From NCBI GenBank assembly GCA_963753545.1, contig CAVWCQ010000008.1:300645-364644 (forward strand): a DNA stretch of 64,000 nucleotides, in the 5' to 3' direction. Made by a program: the position numbers and the translations under genes. Source of the stretch: an uncultured Chloroflexia bacterium. GTDB lineage: Bacteria; Chloroflexota; Anaerolineae; Aggregatilineales; Aggregatilineaceae. The notes under the pieces were generated by a model, which ran no database searches, was not told where the DNA came from, and worked only from the letters and a program-made list of their open reading frames with translations. Below are positions 61,480 through 64,000 of the stretch, in pieces. Position 1 is the stretch's first letter. Every line of letters begins with the position of its first letter.

Positions 61480-61579
61480 TCCACTGTTTACGACGTGAAC
61501 CTCGTATAACAATCTGGAAAATCTCTCTCCTCATCCCACACTTTCCACGCTCGCCGTGCTTAAGCCTCGTGGAGTAGTC

Positions 61580-62992
61580 ATGAAACCCCGAACCCTTTTG
61601 CTTGGATGCGCGCCGCTGGTTGCGGCTGGCATTCTGATCTTCTATGCGCCGTCGAACAAACCGCTCAAGGCGCAGCAGTTCCAGGCGGCGCAATGCTGGT
61701 TCGATATCCCCTCAGCGATGGATGTCACCTGCGGAACGGTTAACGTGCCGGAGGATCGCTCAAAGCCCCTGACCGAAAACAACGCCGTTCAGATCGCCAT
61801 CGCCGTTTTTCATGCTACCATGCCGTTGCCCGATCCCGTATTTCTGCTGGCGGGTGGACCGGGCCAGGGGGCGATTGATTCGGTAGTGATAAATCCGGAT
61901 ATGCTGAGCTTCGTCATGGAGAATCGCGATCTGGTTGCCATCGATCAGCGGGGAACGGGTTATACCGTCCCATCACTGGACTGCCCCGAATATGATGCGC
62001 AGGAATGCCGCCAGCGGCTGGTTGGGCAGGGCATCGATCTCAACGCGTACAACAGCGCGAATAATGCCGCCGATATTGAGGATGTGCGCGCGGCATTGGG
62101 CTATAACCCGATCAATCTGCTGGGCGGCTCCTACGGGACGCGGCTCGGCCTGACCGTGCTGCGCGATCACCCGCAAGCGATTCGCAGCGCCGTGCTGGAT
62201 TCGGTGGTGCCGCCGCAGGTTCACGTTGACGCCGCGCTGGACAGCCTGCCGCGCGCCCTGGCGGTTCTGTATGCTGACTGTGCCGCCAATCCAGCCTGCC
62301 ATGAAGCTTATCCTGACCTGGAAAATACCCTTTATGCCCTGGTGGAGCAGTTGGATTCGATGCCAGTCTCGATCCAGGTGGATGAGGAAAGTGTCAGCCT
62401 GGACGGGCAGCGGTTTATCTCGCTGGTGGGGCAGGCGCTATATTATGTTGAGGCCTTTCCCGCGCTGCCCAAACTGATTTACGATACTTATAACGGCGAG
62501 ACAGAAACGCTGGAGACATATGTGAGGGGACTATGGGGGGCGGCGGACACAATCAACGAGGGTATGATGTGGTCCGTTCACTGCTCTGAAGAGGTCGAAC
62601 ACGAAACCGAGCAGGAATTCAGAGAAGCGGCGCTGAAGGTTCCCGCTGCTATTCGCGATCAGGTTGTGGAGGATAGGCTGCTGTCGATGGTGCAGATCTG
62701 CCAGGAATGGAATGTGTCGCCCGCTTCGGACCTTGAGGAGCAGCCTGTCAGCAGCGATGTACCGACGCTGCTGCTGGCCGGAAGCTATGATCCCGTCGCT
62801 CCGCCGGAATGGGCAGCGCTGGCGGGCAAGACCCTGAGCCACCATTATTTGTATGTGTTTCCTGGAACGGGACATATCGCCTTTCGCACCAGCCCGTGCG
62901 CCCAGTCGATTATCCTGCAATTCCTGGATAGCCCGGCGGCGGACCAAACTCGGCGTGTCTGGAAACAATGGGGCCGCCTGTTTTTCAGATAG
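61580..62992 (+). CDS. secreted alpha/beta hydrolase (S33 prolyl-aminopeptidase-like)
   Basis: Signal peptide. Nucleophile elbow GGSYGT. alpha/beta fold length. RBS GGAG before the ATG at 61580. Confidence 0.6.
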   Translation: MKPRTLLLGCAPLVAAGILIFYAPSNKPLKAQQFQAAQCWFDIPSAMDVTCGTVNVPEDRSKPLTENNAVQIAIAVFHATMPLPDPVFLLAGGPGQGAIDSVVINPDMLSFVMENRDLVAIDQRGTGYTVPSLDCPEYDAQECRQRLVGQGIDLNAYNSANNAADIEDVRAALGYNPINLLGGSYGTRLGLTVLRDHPQAIRSAVLDSVVPPQVHVDAALDSLPRALAVLYADCAANPACHEAYPDLENTLYALVEQLDSMPVSIQVDEESVSLDGQRFISLVGQALYYVEAFPALPKLIYDTYNGETETLETYVRGLWGAADTINEGMMWSVHCSEEVEHETEQEFREAALKVPAAIRDQVVEDRLLSMVQICQEWNVSPASDLEEQPVSSDVPTLLLAGSYDPVAPPEWAALAGKTLSHHYLYVFPGTGHIAFRTSPCAQSIILQFLDSPAADQTRRVWKQWGRLFFR

Positions 62993-63202
62993 AATGAGGG
63001 CATAAGCCGCCCAACAACCGTAGGGCAGGCGGTGTTTTAACGTTGCGCCTCAAATTTGGGAATGCCTACAATTAAAGTAGGCATTTCTTCTACTTCCCCA
63101 TCCCCCACTCAAGGGAGGTTTTTCGTTGGCTGAATATCCACCTATAATGACGATCAGCACTTATCGCCTGTACAGAATTCTTTGTTTACGGGAGGATTTG
63201 CT

Positions 63203-64000
63203 ATGACTAGAAGGATAGCATTGTGGAGCGCCGCCCTGGTGCTGGCGCTGACACTGGCCTGGATACTGGGTGGAGCGCTGGTCGTACAGGGCGCGCCGCA
63301 CCGCCAGCAGGATATCCTGCCGCCCGAAGTTTACGACACTTCGCCACTCCCCGGCGAAGAACTGGCCCTAAACGGCACCGTTACGTTTTATTTTAACCAG
63401 CCGATGGATCCACAGTCGGTAGAAGCCTCCTTTGGGGTGCAGCCGGGCGTTGCTTATGCCATCACCTGGGCTGATGAACTCGACGATGGTTTTCACGCCG
63501 CAGGCAGACTACCAGCGGGCGAGCGAATATACGTTCACCATTGGAACCGAGGCGATGTCAGCGGCGGGCGTGGCGATGGAAGAGCCATTCACCCTGAAGC
63601 TGCAAACCATCGGCTATCTCGATGTGTCGGAAGTGCTGCCCGCGCCGGACAGCGAAGCGGTAGATACAGACGCCGTGATCACGGTGATCTTCAACCGCCC
63701 GGTGGTGCCACTTTTGACCGTCGAGGAGATGGATACGCTGCCGCAACCGCTGGTCTTTGATCCTCCGGTTGAAGGGACAGGCGAATGGCTGAACACGTCC
63801 ATTTATGAGTTTAAGCCCACTGATGGGCTGCGCGGCGGCACGGAATACACGGTGACCGTTAAGGCAGGGCTGACGGATGTCACGGGCAGCGAACTGCCGG
63901 AAGATTATAAGTGGGCCTTCTCGACCCTTCAGCCCGACGTGCTGGAGATTTACCCCAGCGATACCAGCACAGGGGTGATGCTAGAAGATGACATTACCGT
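63203..64000 (+). CDS. secreted Ig-like-domain surface protein (partial, runs off the window). Apparent frameshift near 63490.
   Basis: Signal peptide MTRRIALWSAALVLALTLA. SbsA-Ig-like repeats (VTFYFNQPMDPQS, VITVIFNRPVVP) continue in a second frame to the window end. Confidence 0.45.

Overview
This is a high-GC (~62%) bacterial chromosomal window. Gene content and repeat-protein richness suggest Chloroflexota, but that is inference only. The backbone is a division/cell-wall (dcw) region split into two blocks. One block is on the minus strand: rsmH-ftsL-ftsI-[CheY-like RR]-mraY at 18.9-23.8 kb. The other is on the plus strand: murD-ftsW-murG-cvpA-[insert]-murC-murB-[IS701]-[WD40]-ftsQ-ftsA-ftsZ at 35-52 kb. 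It is followed by nrdR and an intein-containing class II RNR gene nrdJ. Other recognisable genes are endonuclease V, uvrC, HtrA-type proteases, an MFS transporter, an ABC transporter pair, a PAS/GAF HisKA_3 kinase, two SPFH/flotillin proteins, a cold-shock protein, several PD40/WD40 beta-propeller proteins, a NUDIX hydrolase and a metallophosphoesterase. The accessory material is as follows. (1) A low-GC two-gene module sits inside the dcw operon between cvpA and murC: an OLD/AbiEii-like AAA ATPase plus a small Toprim-like (EG..E / DxD) protein. It has a defence-system-like architecture, and the ATPase carries three lesions. (2) A tnpB-only IS200/IS605-family element. (3) An IS701-family transposase between murB and ftsQ. 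(4) An orphan frameshifted MazF/PemK toxin fused downstream of a LuxR-type response regulator. (5) A low-GC NERD-domain gene pair at the window start. (6) Two families of dispersed intergenic repeats, with at least 10 copies of a TTTCACCGCGGAGAGCGCGG-type element and at least 4 hairpin-CTACAA elements, plus a structured ~175-bp MITE-like element present twice in opposite orientation. (7) A ~85-bp inverted duplication of the cold-shock promoter/leader flanking the csp gene. A dominant technical observation is that at least 12 genes have single-nucleotide frameshifts, roughly one per 5 kb. These include the essential genes ftsZ, murD and nrdJ, several at homopolymers. This most likely reflects assembly indel errors rather than pseudogenes. 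No rRNA, tRNA or CRISPR arrays were found.
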